Part shown: positions 1 to 12,830 of the stretch, in pieces
Layout: each line of letters starts with the position of its first letter
Numbering within the stretch: the stretch's first letter is position 1
Assembly: GCA_964016885.1 (NCBI GenBank)
Contig: OZ024740.1
Coordinates: 85,684,001 to 85,748,000 of the forward strand
Reading direction: 5' to 3'
DNA length: 64,000 nucleotides
DNA from: Eledone cirrhosa
Lineage: Eukaryota
Position numbers and translations under genes: made by a program
The notes under the pieces: model-generated
What the model was told of the DNA's origin: nothing
Database searches by the model: none
Seen by the model: the letters and a program-made list of their open reading frames with translations, nothing else

Positions 1-1951
1 GATGGAGAAACCATCCTTCCTCTACGAGAAGTAAGGTACATGCGCCATTCCCGACAGATCCATCCACGACAACCTTCACCTCATGCGATACATCGTAGAG
101 AGGGTAGCTAGGGAACCTGGCACGGGTGGGTCCTTGATCAATTTATATCAGTCAAAAGCTTTCGATAGGGTCGACCATCGTTACCTAGCGGCAGTCCTGA
201 GGGCGGCTGGCTTTGGGCCCGTCTTCAGAGGCTGGATCGCTGCCATGCACAGCGACATCTGCTCTGTGGTGAGAGTGAACGGTCACCTTTCGGAACCGTT
301 CAACATCATGCGCTCGGTCCGCCAAGGATGTCCCCTCTCGTCCCTCTTGTACGTATTGACTCTCGAGCCATTACTGCACAAACTGGAGATGTGACAGGTG
401 CAATGATCAACCAGGAAAAGTCAGTGGGCCTGCAGCTCGGCACCTGGAGAGGCAGGTCCATGCCGTCCAACAGCGTCGTCGGGCGCTGGACGGACGGACC
501 GGTTAAATTGCTAGGGGTCCGGTTCGGTCCGGACCTCCAGACGGACAAAAACTGGGACGAGGTGACGAGCAGGATGGCTTCTCTCACCCAGAAATGGGCG
601 GAGAGGAAGCTATCCCTGAAAGGTCGAGCGGAGGAGGCTAACGCGTACATCGCGTCCGTTATCTACTACCGCCTGACCGTCGTACCTTGTCCTAAGCCCC
701 GCCTGACTGCGCTGGAACGTTTGCTCTTTCGCTTTTTGTGGAAGGGACGCGCTCCAATTGTCAGGCGGTTCATCTGCTGTCAACACCCGCTACGTGGAGG
801 GCTGGGCAAGCCGTGGCTGATGATGCGCAGACACGCGCTCTGGCTACAACACCTCCCCCTCTTCCTCGACGGTGATCAGGTGTGGTCGCCGTTTGCTAGA
901 CGCGTCTTTACCCAGCTCGTCCACTTGACGGAGTTGCAGTTCTGGGTCAAGCGAAGACCGAGAGAGAGCGCTTGGAGACTCGAATGTGTTCCAGGCGCTC
1001 ACAGCCCTCGACCAATTGGGCAATGTGATCGGTGGAAACTCCACCTTGGCGTTCTATAGGGGATTAGTGGAGGGGAAGAGCGACGACGTACTTGGGGAAA
1101 CTCTAGGCGTCGACGAAAATCAACTAGCCAATCTCTTCGGAAGAACTTTCGGGCCGGGGCCTATGGACAACTTCCAGAAATCCCTAGCCTGGCAGTGTTA
1201 CCGAGGAGCTTTGCCAGTTCGGGATAAACTCTACAAGCATGGAGGTGCCGTCAGCCGGGCATGTCCGAGATGCGCGCAGGGCGTTGAAACCGTCCTGCAA
1301 GCACTCGTCCAGTGTTCGAGCATTGCTGACTTGTGGGTTTATGTCGAACACCTGCTGTCGCATGTAGGACGGATCCAGATATCAGCTGAGTCCATCGTAA
1401 GGATTGCCCCGCCCTCTTCCTTTAGCCGGGAAGGGCAGGCAGCTTTTATCTGTTGGTGGCCATGGCGAAAGAGATAGTATGGTGGACACGTTTGAAAGGG
1501 CTGTAGACGAGCACTTACCTCCTCGGTGATACCCTGATTAACTTTTTCAAATTTCATTTGAACAGGAAAATCAGGGTAGAGAGGGAAGTGCTCTCTTCCC
1601 AGCATTTTGTTGAAAGATGGGTGAGAGAGGCAAGAATGGCCCGAGTGAATGGGCCTACTCTGAGTATGTGTCTGTACATTAAAGGTGGAAAACTGGCAGA
1701 GGGCACTTGCCCTGGTGGTCAGGGTCACTGTGGCTTTTTAATGGGCTTTCTCCACGAATGTCCCTCGGAAGTCTCCCCCCATATTGGGGAATTTTTCATT
1801 GTTATTTTTTTTGTTACATCCGCAGTTTTTGTTTTTTACACGCAGAAATGCCCATTTGTACCGTCCTGTATTGTCCTGCACTGTCCTTAATGTCTACTTT
1901 ATGTAAACCCTTGTGGTTAATTAAGAAATCATTATTATTATTATTATTATT
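1..1951 (+). mobile_element. L1/Tx1-clade LINE, copy 1 (starts before the window; two internal deletions; (TTA)n tail)
   Basis: Near-identical to copy 2: 1-38 = 4020-4057, 39-389 = 5745-6095, 391 onward = 6227 onward. RT residues (QSKAFDRVDH, VRQGCPLS), C-terminal CPRC..ETVL..LVQC, 3' UTR and (TTA)n at 1931-1951. Confidence 0.95.
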
Positions 1952-2138
1952 GTGAGCTCCGCAAATGTTTGTTATTTTCAGTTATTTAAAATTGCCATTT
2001 ATGGAACATTTTTATCGTTAACTGTATATAAGTGCACATACATTGATTTCTGAAAAGGACACTCAAAAATATTGGGGCCTTGAGCCCAAAATTTAAACTT
2101 TTAATAATTATCAAACAAAAATTTTTCTTTGAAAAATC

Positions 2139-4058
2139 ATGGATGTCTCAGAGTCACTCCTACCTCACAATCTAACACCTCACACCGACACCCCCATTGT
2201 AAATATTGCTACGTTTGCCAACACTGGAAATGTAAGCAGTACCAATATTTTAAATTTGTCTCAGGCAGACGTTCATTTCCCGCCATTACCAATGACTGCA
2301 GGTGTTAAAGCCGCCACCACCACGCCCACAGCGACAACAGAAACAAAAGAAAAAAATAAATTAACTCGTGATATCGAAATGAATTCAACCAAAATCAACT
2401 CTTCCCCACCGAACACCACTGACGCCACCACCACCACAACTGAAACTAAAATTAACAATAGCAAAAATAATGACAACAACAACAGAAACAATGAAATTAA
2501 GAAAACTACCCTGAGTTCTGCCAGAGTAGCAAAAACGTGCGAAGCGATCCAGGTAACTCAGGAGGAATTAGAGGAAGCCAAAGGAATGGTAAAGAAAGAT
2601 GGGTACAGGGTCAGCCTCACTCCCCACCTAATAAAATGGAGCAACGTCGCCTATGCACCGTGTCTTATCGGACAATAAACATAAAATCGCGCCGAGTGGA
2701 ACGGGCATCCGAGTCCCAAATCCAAAAAGCTTTGGGACATGTGTGGGCAAAAAAAACCCACATCAGACGTGGGCAGAAGTATGGAACCGTGGACGTGTTC
2801 TTTGAAACACCACAGGAGGCCAGAGAACACTCCATGGCCCCATTAAGAAGTGACGACTTCACACTCGTCCCAAGCTATTGTGGCCAGAGACTTGTGAAGA
2901 TCAGGGTGACCCACGTTTCACCGGCCATCGAAATTCCCTGGCTAATGGCTGCCGTCCTCAGCGGGATCGAGGCCAACACCAAAATAATAAAAATAGCAAA
3001 AGAAAAGCAGGATAACTGGTCCGGATCTGGGATGGAGCTCCTGATCCAAGCGGACCAGAAAAGCATTGAAGAGATCCCAGAGGTAATAGACCTCACCGAC
3101 GGCAGCCACCTCCCCGTAATCGTCGAGGGCAGAAGACCTAGGTGTGTCGTTTGTGGTGAAGGAACCCACCTAAGGGCTTTCTGCCCTCAGGCTAAAAGGT
3201 TGAGGCCACCTCTCTTACCCACCCCAGTGACTCAACCATCAACACCACTAGCAGCAGAAATGGCAGCAACGACTGTAGCAGCAACAACAGAAGCAACTGT
3301 AACAGCAACAACCCCAGCAACAGTAGTAAAACCAACACCAACACCACCCAACGCGCCAGAATTAGCACCAGCTCCTACACCATCCACCACGCCACAACCA
3401 AAACCAATGCCTGTGGAGGATTTTCCACTCCCCGGCTTATCGCAACTGGAGGCAGATTGTGACGACGAGGAGTGGGAAACGGTATCAGGAAAAAAAAAAA
3501 AGAAACCAAAAAAGAAAAAATTCTCTTCCTTCCCCCTCCAAAAGCAAAATACAGAGGGAAACAAATAAATTAACAAACAAAAAAGTTAGGACAGATATGC
3601 TACCATCCACACCAGCATCATCAACCCCATCACCACAAACACCAACACCATCACCATCATTAACCCCAACACCACCATCACCAACACCACAAAAGTCACC
3701 AAAAAGCGTAACAGAAACAAACCCACAACAAACGCAAACAAAACAAAACAACCAAAACGATACACACTACACAGCATTAAATTTGAACAACAACCAATTA
3801 TTTCACTACATGCAACACAACACCAGCATCACAGAAAAAGACTACACAACAACCCAAAAGTTCACACCACCTCCACACATACAAATCACTCGCATCACAC
3901 AGAAAACGTACACGACACTAAAACAAAAATTCCCCAAAGACATCGGAGACTTCCGACAAACACTCTCCAGGAGGATTTATAAGGACATCCTTCCGGAGGA
4001 GGCCACAAGCAGTGAAAATGATGGACAAACCATCCTTCCTCTACGAGAAGTAAGGTAA
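2139..4058 (+). pseudogene. LINE ORF1 (gag-like; RRM-like region, CCHC knuckle, Pro/Thr-rich tail), split by two frameshifts
   Basis: Overlapping ORFs 2139-2678, 2537-3568, 3459-4058; CVVCGEGTHLRAFC fits C-X2-C-X4-H-X4-C; one shift is probably at the A-run near 3490-3501. Confidence 0.85.
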
Positions 4059-4092
4059 GTGGTCTTTCCCATCTTTTCCACTCCGTTTCAAC

Positions 4093-7000
4093 ATGACCTC
4101 TCTCAGAATAGGCAGCATAAATGCGCGTGGCTTGGGGTCGTCATGGAAGCAGGGCCACCTGCTCAACGACCTCAGGTCACTAAACATAGATATAGTGGCC
4201 ATCAGCGAGACCAGAATCTCCGAAGCACGGGGCTTCGCACCGATCTTCGGCGGCTACGATGTGTACGCATCTCCCAGCCGTCCGGGATCGGGGAGGAGGA
4301 GTTGCTGTGCTTTTTCGGAGAGGTTTGGATCTCGCCATACGGGCCACCTTCCTGGACCCAGAGGGTATGTTGGTGGTGCTGGACGTGACCAGCGGAGACG
4401 GGCAAGCTTTCAGGCTAGTGGCCGTCTATGCCCCGACAGAAGCAGGGCGGCCTGATTTCTTCCGGCGTCTGGAGACCTTTCTTGGAACGTCCCGCTCTTT
4501 AGTGTTAGTGGGCGACTGGAACGGGATCTTAGATGCACGCTGGGACTGTGTGGGATTAGCGGATAGGGGTGGAGGGTGCAAGAACCTCACCAACCTGCTC
4601 AGACGTTTTGAACTGTCTGACAGGTACCGATTGGATTTCCCGAATGTGCCAATGTGGACTTGGACAAATCGCATAGGGTCATCCAGATCATATCTAGATA
4701 GAGTATTTTGTAGGGAAATAGATAGGTCTAGCATAGGCTGTCCACAATTCAAGATAGTCAGCTACACGGACCACAAATTCGTGATGTGTGTGCTTGACTT
4801 AGATAGGCTTCATAGACGAGGACCCGGCTACTGGAGGCTAAACGCGTCCTTACTAGCGCGCAAGGCCTACAGAGACCGGTTTAGCGAACTAGTTAAGCGG
4901 GCGTTGACGGGGGCCATCCTCAACAACAAGTGGTGGTTTGCTCTGAAAAGAGCGATTAGAATAGAATCGATTAGATTTAGTAAGGCTTTAGCAATAGAGA
5001 AAAATAGAGCAGAGGGAGAACTAGTTAGAAAATTAGACGAGGCGCTTAGCAAAGGCATTGCGACCGACGTGCTTGCGGCGAAATTGGCCCTTGACCAATT
5101 CTTCAATGCAAAGCACGAAGGCTGCGTTGTCAGAGCTAGAGTGCGTGCTCTCAGACACGAGGGGACGAAAGCCGTTCAATGGGGCCGAGTGGCGGAGGCG
5201 CGTCGTGGCAACAAATCCACGATCCGGTCTTTGGTGGACCACGACGGGCGCATGCTACTCGATCCCGGGCAAATGTGTGAAGCTTTTCAGCGACACTTCG
5301 CTCAGCTGTTCGGGGGCAGCGGTGGGCCGAGTCGAGGGATGGACTTTAGTGTCTACCTCGACGGACTGCCGCGGCTCTCGGCCACTGAGGCGGAGTGTTG
5401 CGAAAAGCCGATAACAGCCGCTGAAGTAAGGGAGGCAATGACTGGCTGCACAAGGGGTAAATCGCCTGGTTTGGATGGTCTGCCCTATGAACTTTACATA
5501 CAGATTCCAGACTTGTTCGGAGGCCTCTTGGCGGACGTCTCCAGCAACTGGCAACAGAACGGGAGAATTCCCAGTTCTGTGAGCCGAGGAGCGGTGGCAC
5601 TGCTGAGAAAGGATCCGAACAAGGTGGATAACATAGATAATTTCCGGCCCATAACGCTGCTAAACACAGAGTTCAAGATTTTGGCCAAGGTGCTAGCAAA
5701 GAGGTTGGCGCTTGTCGTTGGTGGTCTGGTGGGAGAGGCGCAGACATGCGCCATTCCCGACAGATCCATCCACGGCAACCTTCACCTCATGCGATACATC
5801 GTAGAGAGGGTAGCTAGGGAACCTGGCACGAGTGGGTCCTTGATCAATTTAGATCAGTCGAAAGCTTTCGATAGGGTCGACCATCGTTACCTAGCGGCAG
5901 TCCTGAGGGCGGCTGGCTTTGGGCCCGTCTTCAGAGGCTGGATCGCTGCCATGCACAGCGACATCTGCTCTGTGGTGAGAGTGAACGGCCACCTTTCAGA
6001 ACCGTTCAACATCATGCGCTCGGTCCGCCAAGGATGTCCCCTCTCGTCCCTCTTGTACGTATTGACTCTCGAGCCATTACTGCACAAACTGGAGACACCG
6101 AGGGGCGGCCCGCACGAACTAGGATGCGGAAGATCCGTGTCAGCATATGCCGACGATGTCACCGTAGTGGTGTCGAACGCCAAACACATCGAGGCGATCG
6201 GCACTACACTAAGAGAATACGAAGCGGTGACAGGAGCAATGATCAACCAGGAAAAGTCAGTGGGCCTGCAGCTCGGCACCTGGAGAGGCAGGTCCATGCC
6301 GTCCAACAGCGTCGTCGGACGCTGGACGGACGGACCGGTTAAATTGCTAGGGGTCTGGTTCGGTCCGGACCTCCAGACGGACAAAAACTGGGACGAGGTG
6401 ACGTGCAGGGTGGCTTCTCTCACCCAGAAATGGGCGGAGAGGAAGCTATCCCTGAAAGGTCGAGCGGAGGTGGCTAACGCGTACATCGCGTCTGTCATCT
6501 GCTACCGCCTGACCGTCGTACCTTGTCCTAAGCCCCGCCTGACTGCGCTGGAGCGTTTGCTCTTTCGCTTTTTGTGGAAGGGACGCGCTCCGATGTCAGG
6601 CGGTCCATCTGCTGTCAACACGCGCTACGTGGAGGGCTGGGAATGCCGTGGCTGATGATGCGCAGACACGCGCTCAGGCTACGACATCTCCACCTCTTCC
6701 TCGACGGTGATCAGGTGTGGTCGTCGTTTGCTAGACACGTATTTCCCCAGCTCGTTTCCTTGACGGAGCTGCAGTCCTGGGTCAAGCGAAGACCGAGAGG
6801 GAGCGCCTGGAGACTGGAATGTCTTCAGGCGCTCACAGCCCTCAACTAATCGGGCAATGTGATCGGTGGAAACTCCACCTCGGCGTTCTATAGAGGATTA
6901 GTGGAGGGAAAGAGCGACGACGTACTTGGGGAAACTCTAGGCGTCGACGAAAATCAACTAGCCAATCTCTTCGGAAGAACTTTCGGGCCGGGACCTATGG

Positions 7001-7472
7001 ACAACTTCCAGAAATCTGTGGCCTGGCAGTGCTACCGAGGAGCCTTGCCAGTTCGGGATAAACTCTACAGGCATGGAGGTGCCGTCAGCCGGGCATGTCC
7101 GAGATGCGCGCAGAGCGACGAAACCGTCCTGCACGCACTCGTCCAGTGTCCGAAAATTGCTGACTTGTGGGTTTATGTCGAACACCTGCTGTCGCGTGTA
7201 GGACGGATCCGGCTATCATCTGAGTCCACCGTGAGGACTGCCCCCCCTCTTCCTTTAGCCGGGAAGGGCAGGCAGTTTTTATCTGTCTGGTGGCCATGGC
7301 GAAAGAGATAGTATGGTGGACACGTTTGAAAGGGCTGAAGACGAGCACTTACCTCTTCGGTGATGCCCTGATTAACTTTTTCAAATTTCATTTGAAAAGG
7401 AAAATCAGGGTAGAGAGGGAAGTGCTCTCTTCCCAGCATTTTGTTGAAAGATGGGTGAGTACGTATCTGTAA
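4093..7472 (+). pseudogene. LINE ORF2 (AP endonuclease + reverse transcriptase + zinc finger), disrupted
   Basis: APE motifs SINARGL, ISET, VYAP, GDWN, SYLDR, YTDH; RT motifs KSPGLDG, FRPITLLN, KAFDRV, RQGCPLS, YADD; CPRC...HALVQC. Frameshifts near 4290, 6592 and 7247 and a stop at 6847-6849. Confidence 0.95.
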
Positions 7473-7721
7473 ATTAAAGGTGGAAAACTGGGAGAGGGCA
7501 CTTGCCTTGGTGGTCAGGGTCACTGTGGCCTTTTACTGGGCTTTCTCCACAAATGTCCTTCCGAAGTCTCCCCCCTATTGGGGAATTTTTCATTGTTATT
7601 TTTTTGTTACATCCTCTGTTTTTGTTCTTTACACGCAGAAATGCCCATTTGTACCGTCCTGTATTGTCCTGCACTGTCCTTAATGTCTACTTTATGTAAA
7701 CCCTTGTGGTTAATAAATAAA

Positions 7722-7773
<52 letters not shown>

Positions 7774-7774
<1 letters not shown>

Positions 7775-8940
7775 TTTGTTTCTGAACTACTCACCACGCA
7801 TATTTTGCTCTGTAAATTTCTGACTTGTCAATTAGTTTCTGGAACATTTGTTGTTAAAATTTTGTTAAACATTGTAAATACGGTGCCACACTTTGTTCTG
7901 AAAAATGGGTGTCTGTGAAAAATTGGCCTTTAAGGTATCACACTCATGCTTTTTTTTTTCTTTAGAAATAAATGGAAACAAAATGTACCCTCACGACTAC
8001 CGAAGAACGGAAATGTCAGGAGCCAACCGTAGTTCACATCATCACTGACACCTCAGACGTTAGCAAAAAACAAAAGGAAAACACCGCCAACGTCACCACC
8101 ACCACTATTATAACAAAATATAATACTACTGGCAATAACAACAAAAACAAACACAGTTATATCTTAAGACCCCAAACTAAGACAATTTTGTTAAACAACC
8201 CCAATGAAAATAATAACAATATTGATGATAGAAGCAACGGAAATAACAACAGCATGAATTGCTACAGCAATGGCAAGAGCATTAGCAGCAACAACGAAAC
8301 CTTCATGCCACTACAACAGTACACATTGACACCAATATCAACATTGATCACGAAAATAACAAAAGATATAACAGCAGTCACACTACTATAATGAACTCAG
8401 CAGACAACAACGTGAATAGCATCAACATTAAGAACAGTAAGAATTTTGTATTTCCAGCAACAAAGGCTGCAGAACTCTTCAAAATATCTCCCCTCAGCAA
8501 TAACTAACGTCTATCATAAGCGGCCAAATTAGCCAATGTGGAAGGGAGAGACTAACTAAATTCGCAACCTCCAGAATATGGTGCTGTAACAATGCGTGCT
8601 GGTAAAAAACCCCCGAAACCCAGAAGCAGTAACACTTGCCCAAACTGAGAGAGCCTTAAGGGAAATATGACCCGATAACGTTTATTTTTGTCGTCTTATT
8701 TTGGAAAAAGAACAGTAAGTGTCAGGAGTATGGACATCTTAGTAGATCTTGGTTTGCATGGTTCTGGAGGGCTGCGACACCTTCCTGGATAGAAGAACTC
8801 GGCGGAGAACTGCTCTAGATCAAGTGAGAAAACCCGGAAAAGTTCTCAGACATTATTTGTCTGTCAATTGGAGTGGTGCTGCAGCCACAGTTGAAGGCAG
8901 AAAACCTCATTGTAATTTATGTGGTGATATAAATCACTGA
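7774..8940 (+). mobile_element. Older Tx1-related element: 5'UTR and decayed ORF1
   Basis: 5' region shares blocks with 1990-2085 (tggaacattt, gtgc.ca, tctgaaaa, ggcctt); N/T-rich ORF at 7972; VEGRKPHCNLCGDINH at about 8890-8937 parallels VEGRRPRCVVCGEGTH of ORF1. Confidence 0.7.
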
Positions 8941-9959
8941 ATAACTTTCTGATCTCGATAAAAAAAAAAGGTAACAAAGGACGGTCCCCAAAACATCCAT
9001 CAAAATGGAATTTGGATAAACTTTTGGCAAAAGGAGTCAAATTTATACCTAAATTAATATTTTGTCCATACCTGAATTTGTCCATGTGTGTGCCTTTCAA
9101 AGAGATTCAATGTTATATTTTGCCATTCTTTTTGTATTTCGCTGTTTTTCTTTTCTGTGTCATGTATCCATTCACTATTTTCAATGTGGCCTTTTAGTCA
9201 GTCCAGACGTTACTCCAGAATTATTCAACCTGCCCAATAGCTGGTATTCTATAAACTGTTATTGGCTCTATTCCTATTTCTCGATAATATCATTTTGCAT
9301 CTGTTTTAAATTTATTATTTGGCCTAAAATAATTATTTTCCATATTTCTTACTTTCGTTTTTCATACATTTTCATTCTTTTTACATGTTAGGCTTTGGCA
9401 TGTACTGTATTTTCTGTTTAAGCTGTTCTTTGATTGATGATATGTCTTTTATCTTCTTCACTCCAAACGTTTCCTTTACTTTCTTTCCCTTTCTTGATTT
9501 CACATCCTTGTTCTTGCTGAGTTTTTCCAAAATCAATATTTTCTCCTCTCATGAGCTTAATTTCTTTCTTGAGCTTTTCTTTCCATCTTTGCTGTTTTTT
9601 TTTTGTGCTGCGTAATTCTATTTGTTTGTTTGTTTTTCTTGATGGAGCATTTTGATTCAAATACGTTTTCTGAGGTATAGATCAGTTGATTGAGTTCAGA
9701 CAGGTTAAACTTTGTCGTGTTCATTTTTGATGGCAGCTTTTCCCTATTCTCATTAATTTCTTATGTTTGTTATTGTTTGTTAATTTTGTAAGTATTTCCC
9801 TTTCTGCTTTGTTTATGTTGATTACTTTGGTACGTTTTGTTACAATTTCTTCCTTTATGCTTTTGATGTTTTCAACATTATACCTTAGAAACAGTCAGTT
9901 TAGCCATTTCTACATTGACGTTTTGCTTTCAAATACCTTTCCTCGCATTTTCTGAGTAA

Positions 9960-11545
9960 CATCCGATTCCTCATCCCTTTTTGTCATTACTTTTATACCA
10001 ATATTATAGGTATTATTAGAAAATGGGGTATAAGCTGGAGAAAGATGCTGCTAACCGACTTTTAGACCACCTGGTGTTGATGGACCTTTTGAAACTCTTG
10101 CGAAGTCTGAAACAATTAGATTATCTAGTACAGAAAGTTCGGAGGTGCTGCCAGGACATAGACATGAAATTTAGTGTCATAAATATGTTAACGAGAAAAA
10201 GTGGAGGAAATGTCCCATGTAACTGACATAGAATTATTATTTAGTGAACGATTGAGTGATCGAAGTCATGAATCTTAAAGAATCTTAAAGATTTATCAGA
10301 CATTTCATGGACAAATGAAAGACAAATTAAAAAAAAAACATCTACACAAACTAAAATCTCTTCATAAGTCCAATCTTCATCCAAGAAACTTGATTCTTGC
10401 TGTAAACAAATAGACTGTTTCTGATACAGTACATTGCTGAGTTTCTGAAGTGGAATATGACAGAGGTTGTTGAGAATAGCCATAGAACAAGGACAATGAT
10501 AACTATGCATAAGGCATTACACCCAAAAGCGGGATTAAATGGGCTGTACATGAAACGCACAGTTGGGAGAAGAGAACTGATAAGTGTTAAATAATATATC
10601 CAAAATGGGAGGTAAGCCATTAATTATCACTTGCTCAATAGTGAGGAAATACCTCTACAGTATACCTCGGCAGTAACGCTGTTTAGAAAAGAGAAAGATG
10701 AAGAGTAAACGAGCGTTTAAAAAACGAGTAACTGCGAAGAAAAGAAAAGCCGTAGAGGTTACATGGCCAAAGTGAAAGACAAACGTCTGAATTAAAGACT
10801 GCAAGGGCTTGGGGTTGGTTCTCCTTCTGTGATCTAAAACAGGAAAGTAAAGCACTATTGATCTTAGCCCCAAACCAAGCTTCAAGTTGTGAGTCTGTGA
10901 ATGAGGGAATTTATAATCTTATTAAAAGTGTGAAGTGTCGTCGGTGTCAAATTAATACAGAAAGTTTCACCCATATAGTGAGCACGTGCAAAATGTTAGC
11001 TAAAAAAGAGTATAAAAGAAAACTTAATGAGGCTTACATGTACCTTCTCTGATGAATGTGTAACAAATATGGATATCAGTTGTCCGACAAGGTCTGCCAG
11101 CATTTACTCTGGTACTTCATTGTCCAAACGGACAACAGGTGTGGACACAACATACAATATATTGTTGTTATACTCAGAAATAGGTGTGAATGTCAGATTA
11201 TTGATGATACCATTCCCGGAGATCACAACACAACCTTGAAAGAAATTTAAAAAAAGATGCAAAATATACTGACTCGGTGATCGAAATTGCACAAATGTGG
11301 TAAATACACTTATCAACGTCAGTTGACGCAGGAGTTTTAGATTCGATACCATTAAAACTGAAAGGATATGTTAAGCAAATAGACCTTGAATCACAGATTG
11401 CTCTGTAACCTAGGTGCTGTGCATCACCAAGAAAAGAATCGTCTGTCAAGGTCCTTTTTGAGACTCGACAAGCAGTAGAAGATCCAATAATTACCACATT
11501 GTCTGTATGAGTCATCAGCATAATAATAATAATAATTATTATTAT
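9960..11545 (+). mobile_element. Highly decayed Dong/R4-clade LINE, 3' half
   Basis: LDHLVLMDLLKL resembles [12 protein letters not shown]; CRRCQINTESFTHIVSTCKMLAKKEYKR resembles the knuckle of the 54-57 kb element; ends in (TAA)n. Confidence 0.75.
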
Positions 11546-11575
11546 TACTATTGTTGTTGTTATTAATATTATCAA

Positions 11576-11670
11576 GGCAGTGGATTGGCAGTATCGGCAG
11601 AGAGTTAGACGCCATGATTTGCAGAATAGAGTTACAGCCCTTTACAGTCTGAGTTTAAATCCCGCCGAGG
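11576..11670 (+). mobile_element. tRNA-derived SINE family A, 5' head only (fused to a LINE 3' end)
   Basis: Matches the first ~95 nt of the SINE at 17986; A-box-like tggcagtatcgg and B-box-like gagtttaaatccc. Confidence 0.85.
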
Positions 11671-11992
11671 CGAGCATGGCTCAAGTGAATGGGCCTGCTC
11701 TGAGTATGCGCCTGTTGATTGGAGGTGGAAAACTAGAAGAGGGCACTTGCCCTTGTGGTCAGGGACACGGAGGCCTTTTGAGGGATTTCTCCACGAGTGA
11801 CTCTCGGAGGTCCCCCCACCCCAGGGAAATTTCTTTTGTTTCTTCTTTTTTTGTTACTTACTTTGTTATTGTTTTTTCTTTACACGCAGAAATGCCCACT
11901 TGTATCGTTCTGTACCGTCCTGGGCTGTCCTTAATGTTATACTTTATGTCAACCCTTGTGGTTAATAAAGTAAGCATTATTATTGTTATCAT
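11671..11992 (+). mobile_element. Tx1-family LINE 3' end (ORF2 end, 3'UTR, ATT tail)
   Basis: Aligns with 1631-1951 (gtgaatgggcct.ctctgagtatg, ggtggaaaact, tacacgcagaaatgccca, cccttgtggttaat). Confidence 0.9.
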
Positions 11993-11994
11993 TA

Positions 11995-12200
11995 GGGCGG
12001 TGGATAAGGGCGGTGGACTGGCAGTATCGGTAGAGGGTCGGATGCCATGCTTTCCAGCATAGTTACGTCCCTTTACGATCTGAGTTCAAATCCCGCCGAG
12101 GTTGACTTTGCCTTTCATCCTTACAGGATCGATAAAATAAAGTACCGGTAATGCACTGAGTAATTGCTGGCCTTGTGCCTAAAGTAGAAACAATTATTAT
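11995..12200 (+). mobile_element. tRNA-derived SINE family A, full length, with duplicated first ~13 nt
   Basis: A/B boxes, central ttgactttgcctttcatcctt..g.tcgataaaataaagtacc block (from memory like the Meta/MESC SINE domain), (ATT)n tail. Confidence 0.92.
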
Positions 12201-12589
12201 TGTTATCATTAATATTGTTATTATTATTATTTGACTATTTATCACGACCACCTTTGATGTGGCTTTGGGCTGGTTATTTTAGGGAATAACCGGCCTACAA
12301 TTAGCAACATAGGGTCACTCCAACCTTTTCATATCAATTCCTAACACATCAACACACGTAAAGGACACACTCCTACCCAATTGGGGCACAGTTGGACATA
12401 GATTGTAGTGAAAGGAAGAGTAGCAAACTGTTTCCCACAAAAAAAAGAAAAGAAAAAAGAAAAACTTCCTGGTGTCGCTTACAAAAAGGGGGCAGAAAAA
12501 CTTAAAGTCACAGGGTACACTGCACCAACACCAGCATTACAGAACAACATACACATAAGTTAAGTGTTCCTTCTCACTTTTCATCCTCT

Positions 12590-12830
12590 TCAGCATACAT
12601 GGCCTTACTCAGTGTAAATGCATGTTCCCTGGGGTTGTTTTGAAAGCAGGGCGACCCACTCAACGATCGCAGGCCAGTGATCATAGATATGGTGGCCATC
12701 AGTGACACCAACATTTCTGAGGCACAAGCTTTTGCATCTATTTTCAACGGCTATAAGATGTATGCATCTCCAAGCAATCCATGATCGGGAGTCGGAATTG
12801 CTGTGCTGTTTCTGGAAGACTTTAGTGCAG
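12590..12830 (+). mobile_element. Decayed Tx1 ORF2 5' (APE) fragment
   Basis: Similar to 4100-4325 (aagcaggg, ctcaacga, catagatat.gtggccatcag, gttgctgtgct). Confidence 0.75.

Larger units (their letters stand above)
1952..7773 (+). mobile_element. L1/Tx1-clade LINE, copy 2, near full length (5'UTR-ORF1-ORF2-3'UTR-(TTA)n)
   Basis: ORF1 with zinc knuckle, ORF2 with APE, RT and C-terminal zinc finger, AATAAA before a long (TTA)n tail at about 7724-7773. Confidence 0.96.

Noticed and set aside
30-110. In-frame ORF1-RT fusion created by the deletion
   Set aside because: Read-through from ORF1 enters a non-RT frame and stops within about 25 codons.
5887-6498. 203-aa antisense ORF within LINE ORF2
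   Set aside because: Shadow frame of GC-richer coding sequence; no independent evidence.
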